From: Vulcanimicrobiota bacterium
Lineage (GTDB): Bacteria; Vulcanimicrobiota; Vulcanimicrobiia; Vulcanimicrobiales; Vulcanimicrobiaceae
NCBI GenBank assembly: GCA_963777315.1
Contig: CAVZQC010000003.1
Span: forward strand, 11,009-75,008
DNA: 64,000 nt
Direction of reading: 5' to 3'
Position 1 is the stretch's first letter, and every line of letters begins with the position of its first letter. Positions 1 through 8,981 of the stretch are shown piece after piece. The translations under genes were made by a program, and so were the position numbers. Below the pieces are notes generated by a model. The model made no database searches and had not been told where the DNA came from. It saw nothing but the letters and a program-made list of their open reading frames with translations.

Positions 1-380
1 TTCAAGGCTGGAGCGGGATCGCGCAGTGGGGCGGAGTCTCGCTGGTGCGGTTGATCGATTTGGTGAAGCCGCGCGCCACCGCACGCGCGGTCGAGTTCAT
101 TTCGTTCGGCGATGGCATTTTTGGTGGCGTCTATTACGATACGCAGCGTCTCGAAGACATCATCAAGCCCGAATGTTTACTCGCGTACGAAATGAACGAT
201 GCGGCGCTTCCGCAGATCCACGGTGCTCCGTTGCGCCTTCGCGTCGAGAATCAACTCGGCTTTAAGATGGTCAAGTGGATCCGCGAGATCCGCTTTGTCG
301 AAACGGCGAGCGCCGTGGGCAAAGGCTACGGCGGGAAAAACGAAGATGATGAGTATTTCGATCTCTTGCCGTACATTTAG
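1..380 (+). CDS. Molybdopterin-dependent oxidoreductase (sulfite-oxidase/YedY-type), C-terminal part; 5' end lies outside the window
   Basis: The frame opens at nt 3 (QGWSGIAQWGGVSLVRLIDL...) and continues into ORF 45..380. EMNDAALPQIHGAPLRLRVENQLGFKMVKWIREIRF is typical of the Mo-cofactor-binding domain of this family. Confidence 0.75.
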   Translation, partial: QGWSGIAQWGGVSLVRLIDLVKPRATARAVEFISFGDGIFGGVYYDTQRLEDIIKPECLLAYEMNDAALPQIHGAPLRLRVENQLGFKMVKWIREIRFVETASAVGKGYGGKNEDDEYFDLLPYI

Positions 381-399
381 CGTGCACCGCCCGTCACCG

Positions 400-1001
400 T
401 CAACCGAGGGGTAGTATTTCGCGCTCGAACGCGCTGTTGAGCACGATGGCGAGGCGGCATATAAGGCCAACAACGTAGAAAGGATCAAGAAATACCCGCC
501 GATGTGGCCGACACTCGCTCGCGCGTCCAAATAGCAGTGCCGCGAGCGTGAACCCGGGCACGAGTGACCAGAGCAGCGCGACGAATGTTGCGTTGATCTG
601 CAGGCGGCTATGCCCAAGACCAAGGAGATGTACCCGAAGCAGAGCATCCCAACCGCTAGTAGGAGCTGATCGCCCGGTGAGCCGGCGATGACTTTTGCAT
701 GGTTGAGCCAGAGGTATGTGGCGGTCAACGCATTGTTGGCGCCGTACGAGCAGAACGCCGTCCCGGCGAAGGTAGTGCCGTTGCCGAAGACCAGGACGCC
801 GGCGACGAACTGCGCGATGCCGGCGAAGATCAGCCCGGAGCGGACAGCGGCGATAAGCGAGTTGGTAGACGCGAAACCGCCGAAGACCAAGGCGATCACA
901 AGCGTTCCGACGGCGAATCCCAAGAGCCCCATCGCGCTGGGATCGGTGGGCGCTAGGTCTAGCGTTTCAGGCTGGTCGTGTTTGTGCGATGCCGTGGTCA
1001 T
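400..1001 (-). pseudogene. GPR1/FUN34/YaaH (SatP-like) acetate/succinate channel gene, interrupted by about three frame changes
   Basis: Starts at the internal Met of ORF 177..1100 (MTTASHK...DPSAMGLLGFAVGTLV...GNGTTFAGTAFCSYGANN). The C-terminal third is readable only by alternating two frames: ...LGIAA / LQINATFVALLWSLVPGFTLAALLFGRAS / VGHIGGYFLILSTLLALYAA / LAIVLNSAFEREILPLG*. The true stop is at 400-402. Confidence 0.6.
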
Positions 1002-1152
1002 GGGGGCGAAGTTCCTCGAAAACTGCACGAATCGACGAGGCTGGAGAACGGCACGTAGGTTTTGCAAGCCGGAACACGGCGGCACCGGCTGAGACGGCAT
1101 CTCACAGATAAGCGGGATCTTCGACGCGTAACGCCCGCTTCCTGAGGCGAGA

Positions 1153-1204
1153 CCTTCTGCCTAAAACCGCACAGAGTTGCCGGCTTCGCCGGTTTAGACT
1201 GTAC
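1153..1204 (-). promoter_or_regulatory. Conserved intergenic element, copy 1 (minus-strand reading GTACAGTCTAA-N19 hairpin-CTGTGCGGTTTTAGGCAGAAGG)
   Basis: Read directly from the sequence. The spacer holds the hairpin CCGGC-GAA-GCCGG. Lies about 150 nt upstream of the SatP-like gene. Confidence 0.6.
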
Positions 1205-1347
1205 TGGTGCAACCTCGCCGTTCGGTGTGTACCGCTTTCCTCATCGTTCGCAGAAGGCCGCCGATAGACAATTACGCGTTGAAATGAGCCACGGAAGGTC
1301 GGCGCTGTCCTGGCGGCGATTCCGGCATTTCTCGAAGGAGATATGAT

Positions 1348-1560
1348 ATGGCTACTAAGCAAAAGACGTTCAAGACGATCCCCGTTGGTACCAAAGTATC
1401 GTGGCATTACCGCAGTGCCATCGGTCATGGAACGGTCACCGGCGTGTTCAAGATGGGCACCAACGCAGATAACACAATGTACAGCGTGCACGAGACTGAT
1501 CACCACCCGGGCGAACCAGACATCGTGCACCATACCGGCAAAGCACTCAGTCGCGCATGA
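1348..1560 (+). CDS. DUF2945-type small protein (Tudor-like fold family)
   Basis: 70-aa ORF with an AGGAG Shine-Dalgarno 7 nt upstream. KVSWHYRSAIGHGTVTG...HHPGEPDIVHHTGKAL resembles DUF2945 proteins. Confidence 0.7.
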   Translation: MATKQKTFKTIPVGTKVSWHYRSAIGHGTVTGVFKMGTNADNTMYSVHETDHHPGEPDIVHHTGKALSRA

Positions 1561-1924
1561 GTTTTCACGACCTCAAGGTTGCGGTTTCGCCCGCCAGGCT
1601 CTAGAGCTTTGAAATCGACAGTTGCGTCCGCTGCAATGCTCCGGATTATTTGGTCATGCTGGCGCCGATGACGACCGATCGTCGGCGATTTTTTCGGGCT
1701 TGGCCATCCGCCGCAGTGGAATTTCAACAAGCAGCGCCCGACATTTCTCCGCATTTGTTTCAGGGTTCTCGTCCATCATTGTATAGAGCCTAGAATCGGC
1801 GACAGGTAATTCGACCCAGGCCAAGCGCCCACACGGTTCCATGGCAGGGGTGTATCGAGCGGCCCCAGGTGAAGCAAGGGGACGACGCACTTAGCCAACC
1901 GCGCGAAAAGCGCGACTCCGGATT

Positions 1925-1975
1925 CCCTTGTCTAAAACCGCGCGGATTTGCCCATGGCGGCGAGTTAGACTGTAC
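1925..1975 (-). promoter_or_regulatory. Conserved intergenic element, copy 2 (GTACAGTCTAA-N19-CCGCGCGGTTTTAGACAAGGG)
   Basis: Same boxes and the same 19-nt spacing as copy 1. Two substitutions in the 3' box. Confidence 0.55.
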
Positions 1976-2146
1976 TTTGAGAGTACCGTGATTGGAGAGT
2001 CACTGATTGATCGCGATGAATGAAAACAAAAGCTGCAATGCTGCAACGCGCCCGCGACATCCTCAATCTAAGACAGGCAGCTTCATGTCGGGGATGGCCT
2101 AAGATTGACCTCCACGCCAACGTCGCGATAGCTACGGAGCGGCCCC

Positions 2147-2638
2147 ATGATAAGAAATGAACGTTTGGTTTCCGACAAACGGCCTGCGAAAGTTGCCGTA
2201 TCGAGCGCGGTGACTGTGCCCACGCTTTTTGTGGGATCTTTTCCATCCCGGGAATGCGGCATCGCCACCTTTACGAAAGACATCGTCGACAGTTACGATG
2301 CGCACGGCAGGTCTCGGAGCCACGTCGTTGCAATCGACGATCGGTCGGATTTTGGTTACGTCCACGACTCTCGGGTCATCGGCCGCATCAAGGCGAATGA
2401 GCGCCCATCGTATTATGAGGCCGCGTCACTGGCCAATCGTCATCGGTGCGGCGTGGTCAACATACAACACGAATACGGGCTGTTCGGTGGGCAAAACGGT
2501 GAGTGGTGTCTTGACTTCATTAGCGCATTGAAGAAACCCGTCGTCCTCACCTTGCATACGGTTGTTCCGGCGCCGAACTCGGACCCCGTGATCATCCGTC
2601 GCGAAAAGCAACATGAAGAAGCTGTTGACAAAATGTAA
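2147..2638 (+). pseudogene. N-terminal ~160 aa of a GT4-family glycosyltransferase; C-terminal catalytic half is missing
   Basis: LFVGSFPSRECGIATFTKDIVDSYD...NIQHEYGLFGG...PVVLTLHTV is a typical GT4 N-terminal domain. The ORF stops at 163 aa, and no continuation in any frame is visible in 2639-2894. Confidence 0.5.
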
Positions 2639-2894
2639 GATGATGATCTAAGGCGGGAATTCGAACATATAAGGGCGTCTCTTATGAGAGATCCCCAATA
2701 GGCGGCGCCGTTACGCGCCTGCATGCGGCCCGTCGGGCTCGGAGATGAGCGTGATCCGACCATTATTCGTAGCATTTTACGCCATGGCCCGGAAAAGAGC
2801 ACGGCCACTGCCCGAAAGACGACCGATGCTGCAAGTCGGGCTATGGGGCCAGCAGATAGTCTTCGTTATACGCGGTCGAATGCGGAGATCCGAT

Positions 2895-3659
2895 TTAATA
2901 GCCCGTATATTCTTCGACGCGGACGTCATCGCTGGAAACGCCGGTTCCGGTAAGCATGGCCTTCAGGCCCTTTACCATCCCAGGCGGTCCGGTGATGTAA
3001 TAGATGGCGTTCTGCGTCGCATCGGCATAGTTTGCCAACAGTGCGGCGTCGATCTGACGCGTCTCGCCATCCCAGGGCTGCTTGGAGTCTTTCATATCGG
3101 TCATCGTCGCAACCAAGGAGTAGTTGGGATTGGTTTGTTGTAACGCTTGTAGTTCGGCCAAGAACGCTGCGTCTTCCGGACGACGGTTGGAGTAGAACAA
3201 CACGATCCGATGAGGAAGTTTCAGGTGAGCCGCCTGGAAAACGATGCTGCGAAACGTCGTTACGCCAATGCCTCCAGTGAGCAACACCGCCGGGCGAGCA
3301 GCATTCTCGTGTAACGTTAGATCTCCAAATGGTCCTTCGATCCTCGCTCCGCTCCCTAACGGTTCCGATTTCAGGACTCGTTTGAACGCCGTATCTCGCA
3401 TGCGCGTAGTAATCATGATGGAATCTTCATAGGGTGCGCTTGCGATGGAAAACCCGCGCTTATTACCTTCGCCGTCCGTCTCGGGTGGATTCGGAAGCGT
3501 GATGTCGATGAACTGTCCCGCGATAAACGTCCAATCCGGTGGCTTTTGAAATTCGAAAGCCATCGTGCCCTCGGCCACTTGCCGGCGTGCCTTGAGTGGG
3601 GATAAAAATGTCGGCCACGTTGTTGCAGTTTCCACGTTCCAACCTTCGATAAATCGCAA
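2895..3659 (-). CDS. FAD/NAD(P)-binding oxidoreductase of the ferredoxin-NADP reductase (FNR-like) fold
   Basis: RQVAEGTMAFEFQKPPDWTFIAGQFIDITL...RGFSIASAP...LLTGGIGVTTFRSI...YITGPPGMV. The start is uncertain: 3659, or a GTG about 20 nt downstream. Confidence 0.8.
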   Translation of the reverse strand: MRFIEGWNVETATTWPTFLSPLKARRQVAEGTMAFEFQKPPDWTFIAGQFIDITLPNPPETDGEGNKRGFSIASAPYEDSIMITTRMRDTAFKRVLKSEPLGSGARIEGPFGDLTLHENAARPAVLLTGGIGVTTFRSIVFQAAHLKLPHRIVLFYSNRRPEDAAFLAELQALQQTNPNYSLVATMTDMKDSKQPWDGETRQIDAALLANYADATQNAIYYITGPPGMVKGLKAMLTGTGVSSDDVRVEEYTGY

Positions 3660-3697
3660 CTGACAACCTACAGCCGCAGCGCCGTTCCACGAGGGAA

Positions 3698-3748
3698 CCT
3701 TTGCCTAAAACCGCACAGAACTGCACGCCTCGTGCAGTTAGACTGTAG
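3698..3748 (-). promoter_or_regulatory. Conserved intergenic element, copy 3 (CTACAGTCTAA-N19 hairpin-CTGTGCGGTTTTAGGCAAAGG)
   Basis: The spacer holds a 7-bp hairpin, CTGCACG-AGG-CGTGCAG. Lies upstream of the FNR-like gene. Confidence 0.6.
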
Positions 3749-3945
3749 TGGCAGAACTTCGGATATTTGGATACGTGGTTTTGCGGCTTAGTTTAAGCGT
3801 GCCTGACCGCGTGTGACGCGTGCGCAGCTGGCACGACGGAATGCTTCGTGCTCTTCCTTCCTATCGCCGCGATTTTCAAACTCCGCACCGTCGTCCACCA
3901 TATGCTGATGTTCGCACCTCTCGCGACGCTTGGAGCAACTGTTAC

Positions 3946-4557
3946 ATGATCAAACATCTCACTGCAACCTCAATTACAGCCATCGTGCTGCTTACGTCCG
4001 CCGTTCCATTCGCCGCGTTGGGAGCAGCGATGAACCGCTACGGCGGTCCCGTGTACACAGGCGCGCCGGCTCTCGGCACGACGGCGGCCTTGGTGAAAGC
4101 CGGCGGCGGGGCCGGACATTTTTCGCTCGCCACCGCGCTGACCTCAATGGTCGGCCCCAAACTCGTCAACGATGAGGTTGGAAAGTTGACGAAGCAGTAC
4201 GGGAAGCACGCCGTCAGTCAATGGATGACAGGGTTTAATTTTTCGGTGGAAGATTCGTTGCGGCTTGCCGCCAAGGCCGGCGTCAGTCTTCCAAGTCCGA
4301 CCGCCGACTTACACGGCAAAGCGCTAGCGGCTGCGCTCGTTAGTGCAGGCGTCGACCCGCAAACCAATGTGTTCTGGGCCGGTCGACTGTACGACAAGAC
4401 GGTCACTCACGCAATCCACGATCAAGCAATGAACGATATCGACGCCAAGTACGGCGCAACGACGGATATGATCACGCACAAAATTAGCAACCAAGCGATG
4501 TACGATCTTGCGCACTCGCTGGGCGATACACATGTACGTCTTGCGTCGCTGCACTGA
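3946..4557 (+). CDS. Secreted hypothetical protein
   Basis: Internal ATG of ORF 3820..4557 gives [28 protein letters not shown], a signal-peptide-like N-terminus. No family recognised. Confidence 0.5.
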   Translation: MIKHLTATSITAIVLLTSAVPFAALGAAMNRYGGPVYTGAPALGTTAALVKAGGGAGHFSLATALTSMVGPKLVNDEVGKLTKQYGKHAVSQWMTGFNFSVEDSLRLAAKAGVSLPSPTADLHGKALAAALVSAGVDPQTNVFWAGRLYDKTVTHAIHDQAMNDIDAKYGATTDMITHKISNQAMYDLAHSLGDTHVRLASLH

Positions 4558-4574
4558 ACTGGAGCACGCAAATC

Positions 4575-5414
4575 ATGTTTGCATCTATTCCATTCCTCGT
4601 CGTTTACGCCATCATCGTGTTGCTGCTGATTGCCTCGGTAAAGATTATGCGCGAGTACGAACGGGCTGTGCTCTTTCACCTTGGCCGCTTCCGTAGCGTC
4701 AAAGGCCCAGGGCTGATTCTGGTGATTCCGTTCATCCAGCAAATCGTACGCGTGGATCTGCGTGTGGTGGTCATGGAAGTGCCGACGCAGGATGTAATAT
4801 CGAAGGACAACGTGTCGATGAAGGTTGACGCGGTCCTATATTTCCGCGTGGTCGACGCGGAGAAAGCCATCATTCAGGTCGAAAACTTCTTGCCCGCCAC
4901 GAATATGCTTGCCCAGACGACTCTACGGTCGGTGCTCGGCGAGCATGAGCTTGACGAGATGCTGTCTGAGCGAAATAAACTCAACGCCGACGTGCAGACG
5001 ATCGTAGACGCGCAAACGGAAGCCTGGGGAATTAAAGTCAGCAACGTTGAGATTCGCACGGTCGAGTTGACGGAAAACATGATTCGGGCAATTGCGAAGC
5101 AAGCCGAAGCGGAGCGCGACCGGCGCGCGAAAGTCATTCATGCCGAAGCCGAGTTCCAGGCTGCACAGAATCTGGTCAATGCTGCGCAAATTCTTGCGAG
5201 TATTCCCGCGGCCATGCAACTGCGCTATCTCCAAACGCTCAGCGAGATCGGCGCAGAACAAAACTCCACAACGATCTTCCCGATGCCCATAGACCTCATC
5301 AAGCCGTTCTTGGAAATTCTTGATAAAAAAGCGGCAGTGCCCGTATCCCTTGTTGCTACGGACATGTCGATACCCGCTCCGGATTCGAACGGACGGCCGC
5401 TGAGCCCAACGTAA
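4575..5414 (+). CDS. SPFH/band-7 (stomatin/slipin-like) membrane protein
   Basis: N-terminal TM segment followed by [14 protein letters not shown]...[12 protein letters not shown]...[22 protein letters not shown]...[17 protein letters not shown]. Confidence 0.9.
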   Translation: MFASIPFLVVYAIIVLLLIASVKIMREYERAVLFHLGRFRSVKGPGLILVIPFIQQIVRVDLRVVVMEVPTQDVISKDNVSMKVDAVLYFRVVDAEKAIIQVENFLPATNMLAQTTLRSVLGEHELDEMLSERNKLNADVQTIVDAQTEAWGIKVSNVEIRTVELTENMIRAIAKQAEAERDRRAKVIHAEAEFQAAQNLVNAAQILASIPAAMQLRYLQTLSEIGAEQNSTTIFPMPIDLIKPFLEILDKKAAVPVSLVATDMSIPAPDSNGRPLSPT

Positions 5415-5583
5415 CGCTCATGCGTAAGTCTCGAGTAGACTTTTGGTATTCCCGCACCGCAGCATAACCCCGTCAGCCTGGCGAGGAAATCGCGATTCTG
5501 GGCCCTTTGGAGGGATAAAGTCAGCACCGTATCTTTTTTCTGATGGCCGTGCTTGTTAGCGCAAAAGCTCAGTCGTTAGGGTC

Positions 5584-6342
5584 ATGAGCGAGACGCTTAG
5601 CGCGCAGGTCGGCGCTCGCGGCCTTGGCTCGACGGATCGTCAGGACCGTTGGTGGCTCGCGCCGGCTGCGGGCGGCCTTGGGCTCGCGATCTTCATTGTC
5701 TACTCGACTTGGGCGGCATTCGCCGGCGTTGACTTCAGCTACGGACCCTATCTATCGCCATTTTATTCGCCGTATTTTCGGCCGGCGTGGTTCCCGCTTT
5801 CCGGTTCATTGCTCGTCCTGTGGGTTCCGCTCGGTTTTCGCTTGAGTTGCTATTACTATCGAAAATTGTACTATCGATCGTATTTCTTGAGCCCGCCCGC
5901 GTGCGATGTGAGCGAGCCGTCACGCACCTACACCGGCGAAACCGCCTTTCCGCTGAAATATCTGCCGATGGTGCACCGCTGGTTTCTCTATCTCTCGATC
6001 GTGGTGCTGATTTGGCTGTGGATCGATGCCTTTAGAGCCTTTGATTTCGGCGGCCGTTTCGGCATCGGACTCGGAACGCTCGTCATGCTGGTGAACGTCG
6101 TTCTCTTAAGCGGATTCACGTTCGGCTGCCATGCGCTGCGAAACGCCGTCGGCGGCAACTTACGGTGCTTTTCGTGCGCGGCGTGCGGCGGTGTGCGCTA
6201 TGGTGTCTGGCGGACCGTGACCCGGCTCACGATGCAGCATCAATTCTGGGCGTGGCTGAGTTTGTACGGAGTGGGGCTCACGGACTTGTATATCCGGCTG
6301 TGCGCGATGGGAGCGATCAACGACCCGAGGTTGCTTTTCTGA
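5584..6342 (+). CDS. Polytopic membrane protein, putative membrane anchor of the downstream succinate dehydrogenase/fumarate reductase
   Basis: Several hydrophobic helices. Its stop overlaps the sdhA start (TGATG at 6340-6344). Function is inferred from operon position only. Confidence 0.6.
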   Translation: MSETLSAQVGARGLGSTDRQDRWWLAPAAGGLGLAIFIVYSTWAAFAGVDFSYGPYLSPFYSPYFRPAWFPLSGSLLVLWVPLGFRLSCYYYRKLYYRSYFLSPPACDVSEPSRTYTGETAFPLKYLPMVHRWFLYLSIVVLIWLWIDAFRAFDFGGRFGIGLGTLVMLVNVVLLSGFTFGCHALRNAVGGNLRCFSCAACGGVRYGVWRTVTRLTMQHQFWAWLSLYGVGLTDLYIRLCAMGAINDPRLLF

Positions 6343-8150
6343 TGGATGAAAGCGGACATCCGGTTTATCGCGCGGACGTTCTGGTCATCGGAGCGGGCGG
6401 CGCAGGACTTCGGGCAGCGATCGAAGCTCCGGCAGCCGGTGCGCACGTGGCGATCGTCTGCAAATCGCTTCTCGGCAAAGCGCACACGGTCGTCGCCGAA
6501 GGCGGCATCGCCGCGGCAATCGGCAGCGTAGATCGGGAAGACACGTGGCAAGTCCATTTCCGCGATACGATGGCCGGCGGTAAATACGTCAACGATTGGC
6601 GGATGGCGGAACTGCTTGCGCGCGAAGCGCCGGGTGAGATTCATAATCTCGAGCAGTGGGGCGCGCTCTTCGATCGCACGCCGGAGGGCGGCATCATGCA
6701 GCGGCTTTTCGGCGGGCACACCTTTAGCCGGCTGGTTCAGGTTGCGGACCGAACCGGGATCGAACTCATTCGAACGCTACAAGACCGAACCGTGGAACTT
6801 AAGCTCGACGTGTACATGGAGTATACGATTACGCGGCTGCTGCTGCGCGACGGACGCATCGCCGGCGCAGCGGGCTACGTTCGCGAAACGGGCCGCTTCG
6901 TGGTGTTCGAGGCGCCCGCCGTGATCGTGGCCACCGGCGGTTCCGGACGACTGTACTCCGTCACGTCGAACTCCTGGGAAGGCACGGGTGACGGCCACGC
7001 GCTCGCGTTCGCCGCCGGCGCCGAACTCATCGACATGGAATTCGTGCAGTTTCACCCGACCGGCATGGTGTGGCCCTTAAGCGTGCGCGGCATTCTGGTC
7101 ACCGAATCGGTGCGCGGCGAGGGTGGCATTCTTACGAACAGCACGGGCGAGCGGTTCATGCAGCGCTACGACCCGAAACGCATGGAACTTTCCACGCGCG
7201 ACATCGTCGCGCGCGCGATTCATACCGAGGTTACCGAGGGGCGCGGCTCGCCGCACGGCGGCGCATTCTTGTCGATCGCGCACAAGTCCGCAAAGTTCAT
7301 CAAACGGAAATTGCCCTCAATGTACAGCCAGTTCATGGAGTTCGCACACGTGGATATTACCAAGGAGCCGATGGAGGTGTACCCCACGACGCATTACATC
7401 ATGGGCGGTATCCGTGTCGATCCCGAAACTGCGGCGACGACCGTACCTGGCTTGTTCGCCGCCGGCGAATGCGCGGGTGGTTTGCACGGCGCGAATCGGC
7501 TGGGCGGAAACTCGCTCTCCGATCTGCTCGTCTTCGGCCGGCGAGCCGGCGCGGCTGCGGCGGCGTATGCGCGCAGCGCCGACCGCCCTATGCCAGAGCC
7601 GCTGCAGATCGAATGTGCGGAGCACGAGATGCTCGCGCCTTTCGAGCCCGGCGATGGCGAGAATCCATTCGCGGTGCAGGAAGATCTGCAGAGCATGATG
7701 ATGGCAAACGTCGGCGTGTTTCGCACGGAGCAGGGATTGCGGAATGCGCTCGACCGGCTAGACGGCCTTCGCAGACGGGCCGCCAATGCGCGCGCTACCG
7801 GTTCAAGGCTCTACAATCCGGGTTGGCACACGGCGCTCGACCTCAAGCACATGGTGCAGATCGCCGAAGCGATCGTGCGGGCCGCGCTGCTGCGATGCGA
7901 GAGCCGTGGTGCCCACACACGCGTCGATTTTCCAGCTTTGGACGGTGCACTGGAAAAGGTCAATACGGTGACAACGATGGTCGATGGAGCAATGCAGACG
8001 ACGTTCGTCGAGCGCGCGCGCATGCCGGGTAATCTCGCACGTATCCTGTTCCCAAACGTTGCCTCCAACGGCGAACTGACGGGATACGATAAAACGCTGG
8101 CCGATTCGTTTCCCGCCAGCGATCCGCCGCCCGGACCGTTGACGATCTAA
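6342..8150 (+). CDS. sdhA: Succinate dehydrogenase/fumarate reductase flavoprotein subunit
   Basis: Internal Met of ORF 6165..8150: ADVLVIGAGGAGLRAAIEA...HTVVAEGGIAAA...FVQFHPTGM...ESVRGEGG...GGLHGANRLGGNSL...ESRGAH. Confidence 0.9.
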   Translation: MDESGHPVYRADVLVIGAGGAGLRAAIEAPAAGAHVAIVCKSLLGKAHTVVAEGGIAAAIGSVDREDTWQVHFRDTMAGGKYVNDWRMAELLAREAPGEIHNLEQWGALFDRTPEGGIMQRLFGGHTFSRLVQVADRTGIELIRTLQDRTVELKLDVYMEYTITRLLLRDGRIAGAAGYVRETGRFVVFEAPAVIVATGGSGRLYSVTSNSWEGTGDGHALAFAAGAELIDMEFVQFHPTGMVWPLSVRGILVTESVRGEGGILTNSTGERFMQRYDPKRMELSTRDIVARAIHTEVTEGRGSPHGGAFLSIAHKSAKFIKRKLPSMYSQFMEFAHVDITKEPMEVYPTTHYIMGGIRVDPETAATTVPGLFAAGECAGGLHGANRLGGNSLSDLLVFGRRAGAAAAAYARSADRPMPEPLQIECAEHEMLAPFEPGDGENPFAVQEDLQSMMMANVGVFRTEQGLRNALDRLDGLRRRAANARATGSRLYNPGWHTALDLKHMVQIAEAIVRAALLRCESRGAHTRVDFPALDGALEKVNTVTTMVDGAMQTTFVERARMPGNLARILFPNVASNGELTGYDKTLADSFPASDPPPGPLTI

Positions 8151-8981
8151 TGCGCATGCCGCAACCACTTGCGCTCGAACGCACACCGACGGACCAGCTC
8201 GATGCGCGCCGTGCGCAGACGGGGCAAATGGTGACGCTGCGGATCAATCGCGGCGAAAAGGGTGACGTGGCCGGAACTTGGGTCGATTTTGCCGTTCCGC
8301 TCGAGCCCGGCATGGTGGTTCTGGATGCGGTCTTGTACGTCCAAGCGCATTTCGCCAATGACCTTGCCGTCCGCTGGAACTGCAAGGCGGCGAAGTGCGG
8401 GTCGTGCTCGGCCGAAGTCTGCGGCCGTCCGAAGCTCGATGTGCCGCACGCGGCTGGAAGAACTGGACTGCAAAGAACCGATCCTGGTTCAGCCGCTCCA
8501 GACGTTTCCGCGGATTCGCGACCTGGTTACCGACGTATCGTGGAACTATCGCGTGAACCAGACGATCCCGCCGTTCAAGCCGCGTTCCGACCGGGAGTGG
8601 CGGTTTTATCAGCGCGACGTCAATCGCGCGCAGGAGATGCGCAAATGCATCGAGTGCTTTTTGTGTCAAGATGTCTGCCACGTCCTGCGTTATCAGACCG
8701 AGGTGAAGCCTCGATACGCCGGGCCCCGCTTCTACGTTCGAATCCTCGGCCTTGACGCTCATCCAATGGACAGCGAGAATCGGCTCGAACTGCTCAAGGG
8801 TGAAGCCGGCATCGGATTATGCAACGTCACGAAATGCTGCACGGAAGTGTGCCCTGCGTACATCGAGATCACCGATAATGCGATCATTCCGGCGAAGGAG
8901 CGCATCGTCGACGCGTATCACGACCCACTCAGAACGCTGTTTCATAAAGTGCGCCTCTTGATGAAGCGCAAGTCATCGTAA
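8150..8981 (+). pseudogene. sdhB: Succinate dehydrogenase/fumarate reductase iron-sulfur subunit, split by a 1-nt frameshift near 8438
   Basis: Frame of ORF 8150..8755 gives VVLDAVLYVQ...LAVRWNCKAAKCGSCSAEVCGRPKL. Frame of ORF 8262..8981 continues MCRTRLEEL...CIECFLCQDVC...CTEVCP. The junction reads AAG CTC G ATG TGC. Confidence 0.8.

Noticed and set aside
177-1100. 307-aa ORF taken at face value as one gene
   Set aside because: Only its first two thirds are the SatP-like protein. The remainder is out-of-frame read-through overlapping the molybdoenzyme gene on the other strand, and the real C-terminus (…AIVLNSAFEREILPLG*) is in another frame.
1654-1890. 78-aa minus-strand ORF downstream of element copy 2
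   Set aside because: It is not listed as a feature. There is no clear ribosome-binding site or family match and the start is ambiguous (Met 17 or Met 38). It is kept only as a possibility because the conserved element points at it.
5423-5441. Short hairpin AAGTCT-CGAGT-AGACTT followed by TT after the SPFH gene, as a possible terminator
   Set aside because: The stem is only 6 bp and AT-rich with a very short U tract. That is too weak to call an intrinsic terminator.
8430-8445. Programmed +1 ribosomal frameshift in sdhB
   Set aside because: There is no slippery sequence, rare or stop codon, or downstream structure at the junction. Several unrelated genes in the window show similar single-base lesions.
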